Notes: generated by a model not told the origin, from the sequence alone. Positions 7,749 through 17,145 are shown, numbered from the stretch's first letter. The stretch is DNA of 32,000 nt from Nitrosococcus oceani ATCC 19707 (GCF_000012805.1 NC_007484.1:630001-662000); one strand, 5' to 3'. A program made the numbers and translations.

Positions 7749-8954
7749 CTATTTCAGTTCCACCTTGATCCAGCCGGATTTGCGCTGGTCGAAGTTTTGG
7801 TAGGCATCGATTACCGCCGTGAGCGGCTCCTGCTGGGTGAGCACCGCAGCGGGATTGACCACCCCGGTGTGCACCAAGTTGACCAGCATGGGAATATATT
7901 TACGGTGATTGCAATTGCCCATCTTGAGGGTAAGGTTCTTGTTCATCGCCTGACCGATGGGAAAAAAGCGATCATTAGGTGGGTAGACTCCGATAATCGA
8001 TAGGGTGCCCGCTTTAGCCAAGCTTTCAACCGCCCAACGCAAGGCCTGGGAGGGAGCATCTCCAGGATGCCAGTGGCCGCCTTGGGGATGGTTCTCGGGA
8101 GCAATTTCCTTGAGTTCCTGCTCAAATTGCGCCTGTTGCGCATCCGTTTGCTTGGCAGCCGGCCCATGGTGCGGGCGCTCAGCATCCACGCCTACAGCGT
8201 CGATGGCGCGATCCACGCCGATGCCGCCGGTCAAATCCCTGATGGTTGCCACCGGATCCTCGGCGTTGAAGTCGATGATTTCCGCGCCTTGGGTTCGAGC
8301 CATTTCGAGACGGGAAGGCACAGAGTCCACGGCGAGTATTCGTCCGGCGCCCAGTAGCTGCGCGCTGGTAATAACAAACTGTCCTACCGGACCGCAGCCA
8401 AATACAGCCACAGTGTCGCCGGCTTTAATCTCGGCCAATTCAGCGCCAAAATAAGCCGTGGGGAAGATATCGGAAACCAGGATGGCCTCATCGTCGCTGA
8501 CTTCATCGGGCAGTTTTACCAAACCGGCATTGGCAAAAGGAATCCGCGCCTTCTCCGCCTGCAGGCCATGGAAGGGGCCGGAGGCTTTCGGCCCGCCGAA
8601 GAAAGCGGTGCCGGCTAATAAGCCTTGCGGGTTGGCATTGTCGCACTGGGCATGATAGCCCGCACGGCAGTAGGCGCAATAGCCGCAAGCAATGGTGGAG
8701 GGTACAACTACACGATCGCCTTCTTTAAGATTGCGTACACCCTTACCGAGGGCTTCCACCACCCCGACAGCTTCGTGCCCGAGAATAGTGCCGTTTTCCA
8801 TGCCGCCCATGGTGCCGCGCACCATGTGCAGATCGGTGCCACAGATAGCGCTGGCAGTAACCCGTATTACCGCATCGGTCGGGTCTTTGATCTGCGGCTC
8901 CGGTACTTCATCGAGGCGAATATCACCAATCCCGTGAAAAACAACCGCTTTCAT
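7749..8954 (-). CDS. zinc-dependent alcohol dehydrogenase family protein (long form, glutathione-independent formaldehyde-dehydrogenase-like)
   Basis: 401-aa ORF. It has the catalytic-Zn motif ICGTDLH...GHE, structural-Zn cysteines (CGYCAYCRAGYHAQC) and the Rossmann motif VFGCGPVG. AAGGAGG sits upstream of the ATG. Confidence 0.85.
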   Translation of the reverse strand: MKAVVFHGIGDIRLDEVPEPQIKDPTDAVIRVTASAICGTDLHMVRGTMGGMENGTILGHEAVGVVEALGKGVRNLKEGDRVVVPSTIACGYCAYCRAGYHAQCDNANPQGLLAGTAFFGGPKASGPFHGLQAEKARIPFANAGLVKLPDEVSDDEAILVSDIFPTAYFGAELAEIKAGDTVAVFGCGPVGQFVITSAQLLGAGRILAVDSVPSRLEMARTQGAEIIDFNAEDPVATIRDLTGGIGVDRAIDAVGVDAERPHHGPAAKQTDAQQAQFEQELKEIAPENHPQGGHWHPGDAPSQALRWAVESLAKAGTLSIIGVYPPNDRFFPIGQAMNKNLTLKMGNCNHRKYIPMLVNLVHTGVVNPAAVLTQQEPLTAVIDAYQNFDQRKSGWIKVELK

Positions 8955-9341
8955 TTCGGCCTCCTTATGAGCGGGTGAGGTTAAGGGTAACGGGGTAATT
9001 CTGAGCTATAAAAGGTGTGTTCTCTGCACCGGAAGCTAACCAAAATTCCGGTGATAAGCAGGGAACATCACCCTGAAACTCCCTGCCTATGAGATTAGAA
9101 GGCCGGGGTGGTTATGTCTACGATTTCCGCCAAATTTTTTTACTTGCCAGGGACTGGGGCGGCTGGCTTATGGAGAGCTTTAGCGATCTAAAATTTATTT
9201 GCGAACCGCGCGGTGGTTTGGTTATGGCCGCTGAAATAGCGCATTTAGCCTAAATTATTCTGAAGTTTTTGGGATTGGATATAGTTTTTGCCCATACTAT
9301 CCTTATTACATGTTGGTAATAAACGGGTAACTAAGAATCAG

Positions 9342-10199
9342 ATGTCTTATTCTACGATCATTAGTCCCGCTGAGCTTGTCGAGGCTCTCGGTCATCCTAA
9401 CTGGGTTATTTTTGACTGTCGTTTTAATCTTATGGATTCATCAGCTGGCTGGTACGCCTATCAAAAAGGCCATATCCCGGGGGCATATTATGTCCACCTG
9501 GAGGAGGATTTGTCATCTCCGGTAACTCCCGGCAGCGGGCGTCATCCTCTCCCCAAGCCGGAGCAGTTGGCAGATAAATTGGGCGGCTGGGGCGTGGACT
9601 CGACGACCCAGGTTGTCGTTTACGATGATGCTTCGGGTGCCTTTGCGGCACGTTTATGGTGGTTGCTGCGCTGGTTGGGTCATAAAGCTGTAGCTGTTTT
9701 AGATGGGGGAGAGCAACGCTGGCGGGAGGAAGGCTATCCGCTGAATAGGGCAACGCCTGAGCCAGCGCCGGCTTGTTTCGAGGCTCGGCTCCAACCCTCC
9801 ATGACGACTACCGTGGAAGATGTAGAGCATGCCTCGTTGCTTGGATATCTTCTCTTGGATGGACGGGCGCCAGAACGTTTCCGGGGTGACTTTGAGCCTG
9901 TCGATAGGGTTGCTGGCCATATCCCGGGGGCAAAGAACCACCCTTTCCAGCAAAATCTGAATAAGCAGGGAAGATTTCTGCCTTCCCAAGAGCTAGCAGG
10001 CGCTTTCCGAAAGCAGATGGGGGAGGTGCCATCTGCGCAAGTGGTGTGCATGTGCGGGTCCGGTGTCACTGCCTGCCACAATTTGCTGGCCATGGAAATT
10101 GCGGGATTTCAGGGGGCACGGTTATATCCTGGGTCCTGGAGCCAATGGATCACTGATGGAACCCGGCCTGTGGCAATGGGGGATGAAACTCATGATTAA
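9342..10199 (+). CDS. sseA: tandem-rhodanese sulfurtransferase (3-mercaptopyruvate sulfurtransferase type)
   Basis: Track ORF 9288..10199. It has two rhodanese domains and the active-site loop CMCGSGVTAC (CGSGVT is the MST-type loop). The 9288 start is a TTG, so I prefer ATG 9342 (MSYSTIISPAEL...). Confidence 0.7.
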   Translation: MSYSTIISPAELVEALGHPNWVIFDCRFNLMDSSAGWYAYQKGHIPGAYYVHLEEDLSSPVTPGSGRHPLPKPEQLADKLGGWGVDSTTQVVVYDDASGAFAARLWWLLRWLGHKAVAVLDGGEQRWREEGYPLNRATPEPAPACFEARLQPSMTTTVEDVEHASLLGYLLLDGRAPERFRGDFEPVDRVAGHIPGAKNHPFQQNLNKQGRFLPSQELAGAFRKQMGEVPSAQVVCMCGSGVTACHNLLAMEIAGFQGARLYPGSWSQWITDGTRPVAMGDETHD

Positions 10200-10251
10200 A
10201 CGTAAACTCATGGAGCTTGCTGTCCTTCAAGGAAAGCAGGCAAAAAACAGC

Positions 10252-10938
10252 TCAGCTTTGCTGGTAAGCCAAAGGTAGAAGGGTTAGTCTAGCGCCGAGA
10301 AAGGTATAGGCAGCTCCGGTATCGATGAAATACACATTACCCACGATTTTAAGGGTGCCACCTTTGATGACGGTATGCCCACAGTAGACTCGCTCGATAC
10401 CCTCAACCGGGGTAGTACACTTGCCGGTAGCGCGACTGCGGCTCCAAAGCGCGTATTTATGGATAGCGGGATTACCCCGCTCAATCTCGGCGACGAATCG
10501 TGTCCAATTGAGATTGGCGGGAACGTCGGCGTGGACGATTCCAACCTTGCCCTGGTCAGTTTCAATTTCCATGGCAAAGGGAAGCTGCTTGAAGCGTTCC
10601 GAAAAAAGATTTCGAGTCGTTAGATCTAGGTCCAGCCACCATTCTCCGCCGTTCACCAGTATCCACCAAGCCGCATCAAACTCAAGGTTTTGGGCGTTAA
10701 TAACAAACTCGTCATGGTTTCCTCGGCAGGAGTGGAACCAGGGGTATTCGAGCCAAGTGAGTGCGTCAGGGGATTCGGGGCCCCGGTCTACCAAATCGCC
10801 AACGGCGAATAACCGATCCTGGCTGGGGTCAAAACCCACGCGTTCTAGCGCTTGCGCCAATAGACTATAGGTGCCGTGTATATCGCCAACCACGTAGTCC
10901 TTGCCAGCCAGATTTTTAGAAAAGCGTTTGAATCGCAC
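10252..10938 (-). CDS. metallophosphoesterase, PP-lambda/PrpA-PrpB-like Ser/Thr protein phosphatase
   Basis: 228-aa ORF with the motifs GDIHG, GDLVDRG and GNHD. It has a GTG start and no obvious SD. Confidence 0.75.
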   Translation of the reverse strand: MRFKRFSKNLAGKDYVVGDIHGTYSLLAQALERVGFDPSQDRLFAVGDLVDRGPESPDALTWLEYPWFHSCRGNHDEFVINAQNLEFDAAWWILVNGGEWWLDLDLTTRNLFSERFKQLPFAMEIETDQGKVGIVHADVPANLNWTRFVAEIERGNPAIHKYALWSRSRATGKCTTPVEGIERVYCGHTVIKGGTLKIVGNVYFIDTGAAYTFLGARLTLLPLAYQQS

Positions 10939-11056
10939 TGTATTGATATTTCAGAATATTTTGAGGTTAGCAATAAGCCACTCGGCATACCTTCAATAGG
11001 GTTTTCCTCCCCAATAAATGTATAGACTATTTTGCTGAGCGAAATCCTGTCTAAAC

Positions 11057-11076
11057 CCTCGCCCAATCGGGCGAGG
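11057..11076 (-). terminator. 8-bp GC-rich stem-loop (CCTCGCCC-AATC-GGGCGAGG) just downstream of the CDF gene; possible terminator or attenuator
   Basis: Read directly. It lies 6 nt after the CDF stop on the minus strand. The trailing sequence GTTTAGACAGGATTT is only weakly U-rich. Confidence 0.35.
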
Positions 11077-11081
11077 AGCGA

Positions 11082-11978
11082 TCATGAGCTAGGCGTTTTG
11101 TCCACGCAGCGCTGGGTTTCAATTTGGATAGTGGAGTGTTCAATCCCAAATTGTTGGCGAAGACATTCCTTGATAGCCATCAAAGTCTGATCATAGTTGC
11201 CGCCTTGGCAGATGCTTGCATGGAGTGTGAGGAGCGGGCTCTCAGAGGTGAGTAACCAAACGTGGATATGGTGGATATCTTCTACGTCGGGGACGGTTTC
11301 TATCAATTTGCTGCGTAACTCCTCTACATTTAACCATTCTGGACTACCTTCCAGCAGGATATGGGCTGATTTCTTCATCAGTACCCAAGCGCTGCGGAGA
11401 ATGAGCAAGGCGACGAATAATGACAATAAGGGATCGATAAAGGTCCAGCCGCTTATTAGAATCACGGCGGCGGCGGTTAGGGCAGCTACCGAGCCCAGTA
11501 AATCTCCCAATACGTGTAATAGGGCGCCGCGGAGATTAAGATTATGATGATCGCCACCATGGAGAATAGCAAAGGTTAGAATATTGATAACTAAGCCTGC
11601 TACCGCAACCATCAGCATGACACCAGCCAATATCTCGACGGGTTCTAGGAGCCGGGCAATAGCTTCAAGCAAGATCCAGATAACGATAAAAAACAAGGCC
11701 AGCCCATTGATCAAAGCGGCAAGTACTTGGAATCGCTGATATCCATACGAACGGCGAGCATCGGCGGGTTTACGGCTCACTCGAAAAGCAAGCCAAGCTA
11801 GCGTTAGGGCGGCGGTGTCCGCCAACATATGCCCCGCATCGGCTAGTAAAGCGAGGGAGCCAGAGAGTATTCCACCGATGGTCTCTATAATTGTAAAAAC
11901 GCCGGTGACTAGCGCAGCCCAAAAGACGCGCCTCTCGTTTCGCGAAGGCTGTTGCTTAGAAGCGGGGGTAATGGACAT
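11082..11978 (-). CDS. cation diffusion facilitator family metal (Zn/Co/Cd-type) efflux transporter
   Basis: 298-aa ORF with six TM segments, the CDF signatures LLADAGHMLAD and HVLGDLLGS, and a C-terminal cytoplasmic domain (HHIHVW). Confidence 0.85.
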   Translation of the reverse strand: MSITPASKQQPSRNERRVFWAALVTGVFTIIETIGGILSGSLALLADAGHMLADTAALTLAWLAFRVSRKPADARRSYGYQRFQVLAALINGLALFFIVIWILLEAIARLLEPVEILAGVMLMVAVAGLVINILTFAILHGGDHHNLNLRGALLHVLGDLLGSVAALTAAAVILISGWTFIDPLLSLFVALLILRSAWVLMKKSAHILLEGSPEWLNVEELRSKLIETVPDVEDIHHIHVWLLTSESPLLTLHASICQGGNYDQTLMAIKECLRQQFGIEHSTIQIETQRCVDKTPSS

Positions 11979-12220
11979 TCGGTTATTCTGCTACTGTGCT
12001 CCCGGCTCCTGTAAATTGCTTCTCTGAATCTTGCTTCAGATCTGGCCCATTAAATATTGAGTCGCCTATCCTAGATATCAATGACCTAATTGGCTTAACT
12101 AGAAGCCATATCACCCTTACATCTGGTAGAAATTAGGCGTTAGGTAGTTAGAATAAAATCCCACAGATTTTTAGTAACTTAAAAATACAACGGCGTAATT
12201 ACTAAACATTGTTGTTTGAG

Positions 12221-13027
12221 TTACTTAACCTGGAGTGTGCCGCCACGGCCTAAACCCCCTTTCACATCTTGTGCTTCGTAGTTTCTCAGGGCTTGTACCA
12301 TACCGTTGTAGGCATCCATAAAAGCAGCGACAGTTGCTTTTCCTTCCGGTGTTTTTGAAAAGCCACCCAGGCCACCTGCCGCGCTTCCTCCAAATGCACC
12401 CAAGGCCGCGCCATAATTGGTAGCGGTCGAACTCCCCTCGGAGGCTGAAATTTGTACCGCCGAGCGGATATCATATAAGGAAAGGGTTACGACCGATGCT
12501 TTTGTTTCAAGCGCGCCGGCGAGTAATCCCACCGTGCTGTTAACTAATCCGCCGAGTACCCCACCCACTTGGCCCAGGGACGAATCATCAATAATAATTT
12601 GTGGTTCCAGGTAATAATCGGCAGCTACCCGTTGTCCTTTGTGTTGTTTTGAGCCAGCACGATATTCTCCCGAGTTACGCTGTAAATTGGTGACTCGGGT
12701 TAGGCGGCTATCGGTGCGCAGATTGCCTATGGTGGTAATAACAAAACAGTTCGACTGTTGCACTGCAAGCCGGAGTAATGGCTCAATGGAGGTAACGTGG
12801 GTGGTGCTGCCAAAGCGACCATACCAATCCGCCGCTCGACCATCGTCTACCGCCAGTGTTCCTAACGGCTGCTCACATCGTTCTAAAGAGGCGTTAGCAT
12901 CTACGCTAGCGCCTCCCCCCGCAGCTCCGGATACTGCCGTGTGCTGGTCTCCGGTAGTTACACAACCCACAAGGAAAAAACTACAGCCCAAGAAAAGTAG
13001 TTTCTGTAATCTAAGAAAATTTGTCAT
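12221..13027 (-). CDS. CsgG/HfaB-family outer-membrane lipoprotein (curli-type secretion channel family)
   Basis: 268-aa ORF with a lipoprotein signal and lipobox (FFLVGC). The block order resembles CsgG: LAVDD..., ADYYLEPQII (the ADY.L.G.I pattern), a Gly-rich loop, then VVTLSLYDIRSAVQISA... The assignment is from pattern memory, not an alignment. Confidence 0.55.
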   Translation of the reverse strand: MTNFLRLQKLLFLGCSFFLVGCVTTGDQHTAVSGAAGGGASVDANASLERCEQPLGTLAVDDGRAADWYGRFGSTTHVTSIEPLLRLAVQQSNCFVITTIGNLRTDSRLTRVTNLQRNSGEYRAGSKQHKGQRVAADYYLEPQIIIDDSSLGQVGGVLGGLVNSTVGLLAGALETKASVVTLSLYDIRSAVQISASEGSSTATNYGAALGAFGGSAAGGLGGFSKTPEGKATVAAFMDAYNGMVQALRNYEAQDVKGGLGRGGTLQVK

Positions 13028-13103
13028 AATATTTTTATTCTCTAATATTTAAGTTCCGCTGATCATTGATAATGAGGCTGCCATAAATTGGCATAACTTT
13101 ATC

Positions 13104-13763
13104 ATGACGTATCATTCTTTATCTACGTGGAATTTAGCTGTACCGGAGATGGAAAAAATAAGCATTCGAAAGTTAGGCATGAGGCTCTTATGCGGATTGA
13201 TATTTTGCGCGATGCTGATAGCCTGTACCCAGGCTCCCCCCGCTGCAATGATACGTGTTTGTGATTCTAAGGGTTGCTCCTATCGTCCTAGTGATTCCGC
13301 TACCTACGATCCCTCTGCCACGGTACCCGATGAAGACCCAGAGGGGCGTATTGCAGCCCTGGAAGCACTTGCGCAACAAGATCCCCAGGCTGCATACGAT
13401 CTAGGGCTGCGGTTTTTCCGTGGCGACGGGGTGCCGCAAGATAGCTACCGTGCACTCCAATGGATGCGCAGCGCGGCGGAAAGGGGCAATCTCGATGCTC
13501 AAGTGGCCTTGGGACAGCTCTATTTAACGGGTCTTGAAGAGTTAGGCCCGGATCCCCGCGAGGCCGAAAAATGGCTGACTATCGCGGCGGGTCGTGGTAA
13601 TGAAGAGGCGCAAACGCTTTTGGCGGAGGCAAGAGAGGCCCGGCAGGCGGAAGATGCCTATTTCAAATGGCGTAACCGCTGGCGGCCACTATTCTACCGC
13701 CGTTGGTATTACAATTACCCTTACCGGTTCTATTGGCGGAGGGGTGGTTGGCACCATTATTAA
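13104..13763 (+). CDS. Sel1-repeat (TPR-like) lipoprotein with a Trp/Tyr/Arg-rich C-terminal tail
   Basis: 219-aa ORF with signal peptide and lipobox MLIAC. It has Sel1 repeats (AAYDLGLRFFRGDGVPQDSYRALQWMRSAAERGNLDAQVALGQLY...AEKWLTIAAGRGNEEAQ). The start is ambiguous: 13104, 13149 or 13179. Confidence 0.7.
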   Translation: MTYHSLSTWNLAVPEMEKISIRKLGMRLLCGLIFCAMLIACTQAPPAAMIRVCDSKGCSYRPSDSATYDPSATVPDEDPEGRIAALEALAQQDPQAAYDLGLRFFRGDGVPQDSYRALQWMRSAAERGNLDAQVALGQLYLTGLEELGPDPREAEKWLTIAAGRGNEEAQTLLAEAREARQAEDAYFKWRNRWRPLFYRRWYYNYPYRFYWRRGGWHHY

Positions 13764-13807
13764 AGGGTAATATTCAGGAGCTTGCCAAGTTTTGGTCCGG
13801 AAAAGCG

Positions 13808-14911
13808 TTATTTCTCCAACGCACGCTGATAGGCGCGCTCTGAAATAGCATCCCAGGTACTAAATTTTTCCCGAAAAGCACTGTAAGCTTCATAGACTTG
13901 CTTAAATTGGGGGTCACTAGCCGCATGTTCTGCTAGCATTTGCTGGGTAAGCTGGCGTAGCTTGGTGAGCACATCATCGGGGAAAGCTAGAATTCTGGTG
14001 TGCGTCTGTGCTTGCAGCTCCCTCAGTGCTTGTGCGTTCCTCGCTTCCATTTCCGAACTCATTCGCAAGTTTTCAGCTTGGGCGGCTGTGGAAATAATAG
14101 CTTGGAGATCTTCAGGAAGGGACTGCCAGGCTTTTTTATTGATAGTCAGTTCCAGCACCGCGCCTGGTTCATGCCAACCGGGATAATAGTAATACTGGGC
14201 GGCTCGGTTCAAGCCCAAGCGTAAATCATGGAAGGGGGCGATCCATTCGGTGGCATCGATGGTATTACGCTCCAAAGCGGTATAGACTTCCGCCCCTGCT
14301 AGGAGCACAGGATTGCCGCCAGCCTTGGCGAAAACCTTGCCACCGAGACCGGGAATACGCATTTTGAGACCTTCCAAATCTTCGGTGGATTTAATTTTCT
14401 TGTTAAACCAGCCGCCCATTTGGACCCCGGTATTGCCGAGTGGAAAGGGAATAACATGGTAGGGGGCGTAAATTTCCCGCCACAGCTTCAGTCCGCCACC
14501 CTCATAAAGCCAGGTATTCATGCCCTTGACCGTCATACCAAAGGGGACGGTGGAGAAAAATTGCGCGGCGGGAATCCGGCCAGCCCAGTAATAGGCCGAC
14601 CCATGGCCCATATGCACCGCTCCCTGGGAAACCGCTTCAAAGGTTTGCAGTGGTGGAATTAATTCCCCGCCAGCAAAGACTTTGATGTTAAGCCGTCCTC
14701 CGCTCATGGTTTTGATATTGTGGGCGAAGCGTTCTGCTCCTTCCTGGAGAACTGGAAAGCCAGGCGGCCAGGTCGTCACCATTCGCCAGCGAATGATTTG
14801 GGTTGAGGGGCCTTCGATAGTGGTATTTGGGGGTTCGGAGCGGCAGGCGCTAAGGCTGAACAATACTAAGAATAAGAGGAATGTTGAAACCCGTTTCGTC
14901 ATTCGGAGCAT
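13808..14911 (-). CDS. TRAP transporter substrate-binding protein (DctP family, COG4663-like)
   Basis: Track ORF 13808..14926 starts with TTG. ATG 14911 (MLRMTKRVSTFLLF...SAC) has GAAGG upstream. It has a signal peptide and a DctP-type body (WRMVTTWPPGFPVLQEGAERFA...). Confidence 0.75.
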   Translation of the reverse strand: MLRMTKRVSTFLLFLVLFSLSACRSEPPNTTIEGPSTQIIRWRMVTTWPPGFPVLQEGAERFAHNIKTMSGGRLNIKVFAGGELIPPLQTFEAVSQGAVHMGHGSAYYWAGRIPAAQFFSTVPFGMTVKGMNTWLYEGGGLKLWREIYAPYHVIPFPLGNTGVQMGGWFNKKIKSTEDLEGLKMRIPGLGGKVFAKAGGNPVLLAGAEVYTALERNTIDATEWIAPFHDLRLGLNRAAQYYYYPGWHEPGAVLELTINKKAWQSLPEDLQAIISTAAQAENLRMSSEMEARNAQALRELQAQTHTRILAFPDDVLTKLRQLTQQMLAEHAASDPQFKQVYEAYSAFREKFSTWDAISERAYQRALEK

Positions 14912-14990
14912 GCCTGTTACCTTCAAATTTTGAGTGCTCGATTCGCGCCAAGGCCAGAAAGTGGAAAAGCAGCCAATGGTGCTAGGGGCT

Positions 14991-17144
14991 TTAAATGATT
15001 TGGAGGTTAGCGTAGATCACCACCAGCCATTTAGCCCCTCCTTGAATAAAATTGACTTGGACGCGTCTCTGGTTGTCTTTTCCCTCTAAATTTAATACGA
15101 CTCCCTCGCCAAACTTGGGGTGGTTGACCCGTTGGCCGATTCGAAATCCATCTATCGAAGAAACAGGTGCGGTAGGCTGGGGAGCACCGCCGGGATGAAT
15201 AATATCGATGTGGGGCTGCTGCTCGGAGGTGAGCTCGGTGGGAATCTCATGGAGAAAACGGGAAGGCTGGGGATAGCTGTCCGAACCATACAACCAGCGG
15301 CGCGTTGCGTAAATGAGATAGAGGTGGCGCTGAGCTCGAGTCATCCCCACGTAGCAGAGGCGGCGTTCTTCTTCCAGTCGCCCCGGTTCATTGCGGCTTT
15401 GGGGGCTTGGAAATAGCCCTTCTTCCATGCCGATCATAAATACTAGGGGGAATTCCAATCCCTTCGCCGCATGCAAAGTCATCAATTGCACGCAGTCCTC
15501 CCAGCCTTCAGCTTGAGTCCCCCCCGACTCTAGGGCAGCATGGGCTAAAAATTCTGATAGTGTTTCCAGACTTGGATCTTCGGGTTTAAATTGGGAAGCG
15601 GCATTAATGAGCTCTTTCAAGTTATCCAGGCGTGATTGAGATTTTTCACCGCGGTCTTTGCGATAGTGGTTGAGCAAACCACTATGGTCGAGCACGCTCT
15701 CAATTTGTGCGGGAAGGGACAGCCCCATGATATCTGTGGCCATGCGCTCCATAAGCGAGTGAAAGTGCCGCAGAGCGGTAGCGCTGCGCCCAGGGAGGTG
15801 CTGCTGGGCGACAAGCTGGACGGTGGCCTGCCATAGGGAAACCCCTGCCTGCCGGGCGTGTTCCCTGACTTGGGAGAGCGTTCTTTCGCCAATACCCCGT
15901 GGCGGGGTATTGACAATTCGCTCGAAGGCGGAATCATCATTTTGATGGGTCACCAAACGCAGGTAAGCCAGGGCATCCTTAATTTCGGCCCGCTCGAAAA
16001 ACCGCAGCCCCCCATGGACCCGATAGGGTATTCCTGCCTCGACCAAGGCGGCTTCTACTATTCGGGATTGAGCATTGGAGCGGTAGAGTACAGCGGTATC
16101 GGCGCCCATTCCCCCTTGGGCTTTCCAGGCATGGATACGTTCGGTTATAAAATGGGCTTCGTCCCGTTCATTAAAGGCTTGGTAGATTTGAATAGGCTCG
16201 CCATCTTCGCTCTCCGTCCAAAGATTTTTCCCTAAACGCTCTGTATTATTGGCAATGACTGCATTAGCCGCAGCGAGGATAACACCCGTTGAGCGGTAAT
16301 TTTGTTCCAGGCGAAGTGTCCGTATAGCGGGAAAATCCCGGCTTAGCTGCTGAATATTTTCAATCTGCGCTCCCCGCCAGCCATAGATAGATTGATCGTC
16401 ATCACCGACAATAAAGAGTTCTCCCTGATGGCCGGCTAATAATCGCAGCCAAGCGTACTGAATGGCGTTGGTATCTTGGAATTCATCCACTAAAACATGG
16501 GTAAAACGGTTTTGGTAGTGTTGGAGTACATGGGCATGGTCCCGCAATAGTTCGTGAGCCCGCAACAAAAGCTCGGCAAAGTCCACCAAACCGCTGCGCT
16601 CGCAATGGCTTTGGTAATCATGATAGATACGAATTTGCTGCCGAACATGGGGATTAGTGCCCTCTTCAAGGTGCTGGGGGCGGAGCCCTTTATCTTTATG
16701 GCTATTGATAAACCATTGGGCCTGGCGTGGCGGCCAGCGGCTTTCATCCAGATTGAGATTCTGCAAAATCCGGCGGATCAAGCGGTATTGATCCTCGGAG
16801 TCCAGAATTTGAAAGTCCTGGGGAAGCTGGGCTTCTTGCCAATGGGCCCGTAACAAGCGGTGGGCAATGCCATGAAAGGTTCCCACCCACATGCCACCCA
16901 CAGGCGTTTCTAGTAATTCCTCGATGCGCCCCCGCATTTCTCCGGCGGCCTTATTGGTAAAAGTGACGGCCAGGAGATTTACAGGAGCAATCCCTTGACT
17001 GCGGATCAGCCAAGCCATTCGATGGACTAGGACTCGGGTTTTGCCACTGCCTGCTCCGGCAAGCACTAAATGGTGCCCTGGCGGGGCGGCGGCGGCCTCA
17101 CGCTGGGCTTTATTCAGTGGGTTGAGTAAAGAAGAAATATCCAT
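14991..17144 (-). CDS. uvrD: ATP-dependent DNA helicase II (UvrD)
   Basis: 717-aa ORF. N-terminus MDISSLLNPLNKAQREAAAAPPGHHLVLAGAGSGKT is near-collinear with E. coli UvrD. It has the SF1 motifs (DEFQDTN, LEQNYRS, TLHAAKGLEF) and a C-terminal Tudor-like tail. Confidence 0.9.
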   Translation of the reverse strand: MDISSLLNPLNKAQREAAAAPPGHHLVLAGAGSGKTRVLVHRMAWLIRSQGIAPVNLLAVTFTNKAAGEMRGRIEELLETPVGGMWVGTFHGIAHRLLRAHWQEAQLPQDFQILDSEDQYRLIRRILQNLNLDESRWPPRQAQWFINSHKDKGLRPQHLEEGTNPHVRQQIRIYHDYQSHCERSGLVDFAELLLRAHELLRDHAHVLQHYQNRFTHVLVDEFQDTNAIQYAWLRLLAGHQGELFIVGDDDQSIYGWRGAQIENIQQLSRDFPAIRTLRLEQNYRSTGVILAAANAVIANNTERLGKNLWTESEDGEPIQIYQAFNERDEAHFITERIHAWKAQGGMGADTAVLYRSNAQSRIVEAALVEAGIPYRVHGGLRFFERAEIKDALAYLRLVTHQNDDSAFERIVNTPPRGIGERTLSQVREHARQAGVSLWQATVQLVAQQHLPGRSATALRHFHSLMERMATDIMGLSLPAQIESVLDHSGLLNHYRKDRGEKSQSRLDNLKELINAASQFKPEDPSLETLSEFLAHAALESGGTQAEGWEDCVQLMTLHAAKGLEFPLVFMIGMEEGLFPSPQSRNEPGRLEEERRLCYVGMTRAQRHLYLIYATRRWLYGSDSYPQPSRFLHEIPTELTSEQQPHIDIIHPGGAPQPTAPVSSIDGFRIGQRVNHPKFGEGVVLNLEGKDNQRRVQVNFIQGGAKWLVVIYANLQII

Positions 17145-17145
17145 G

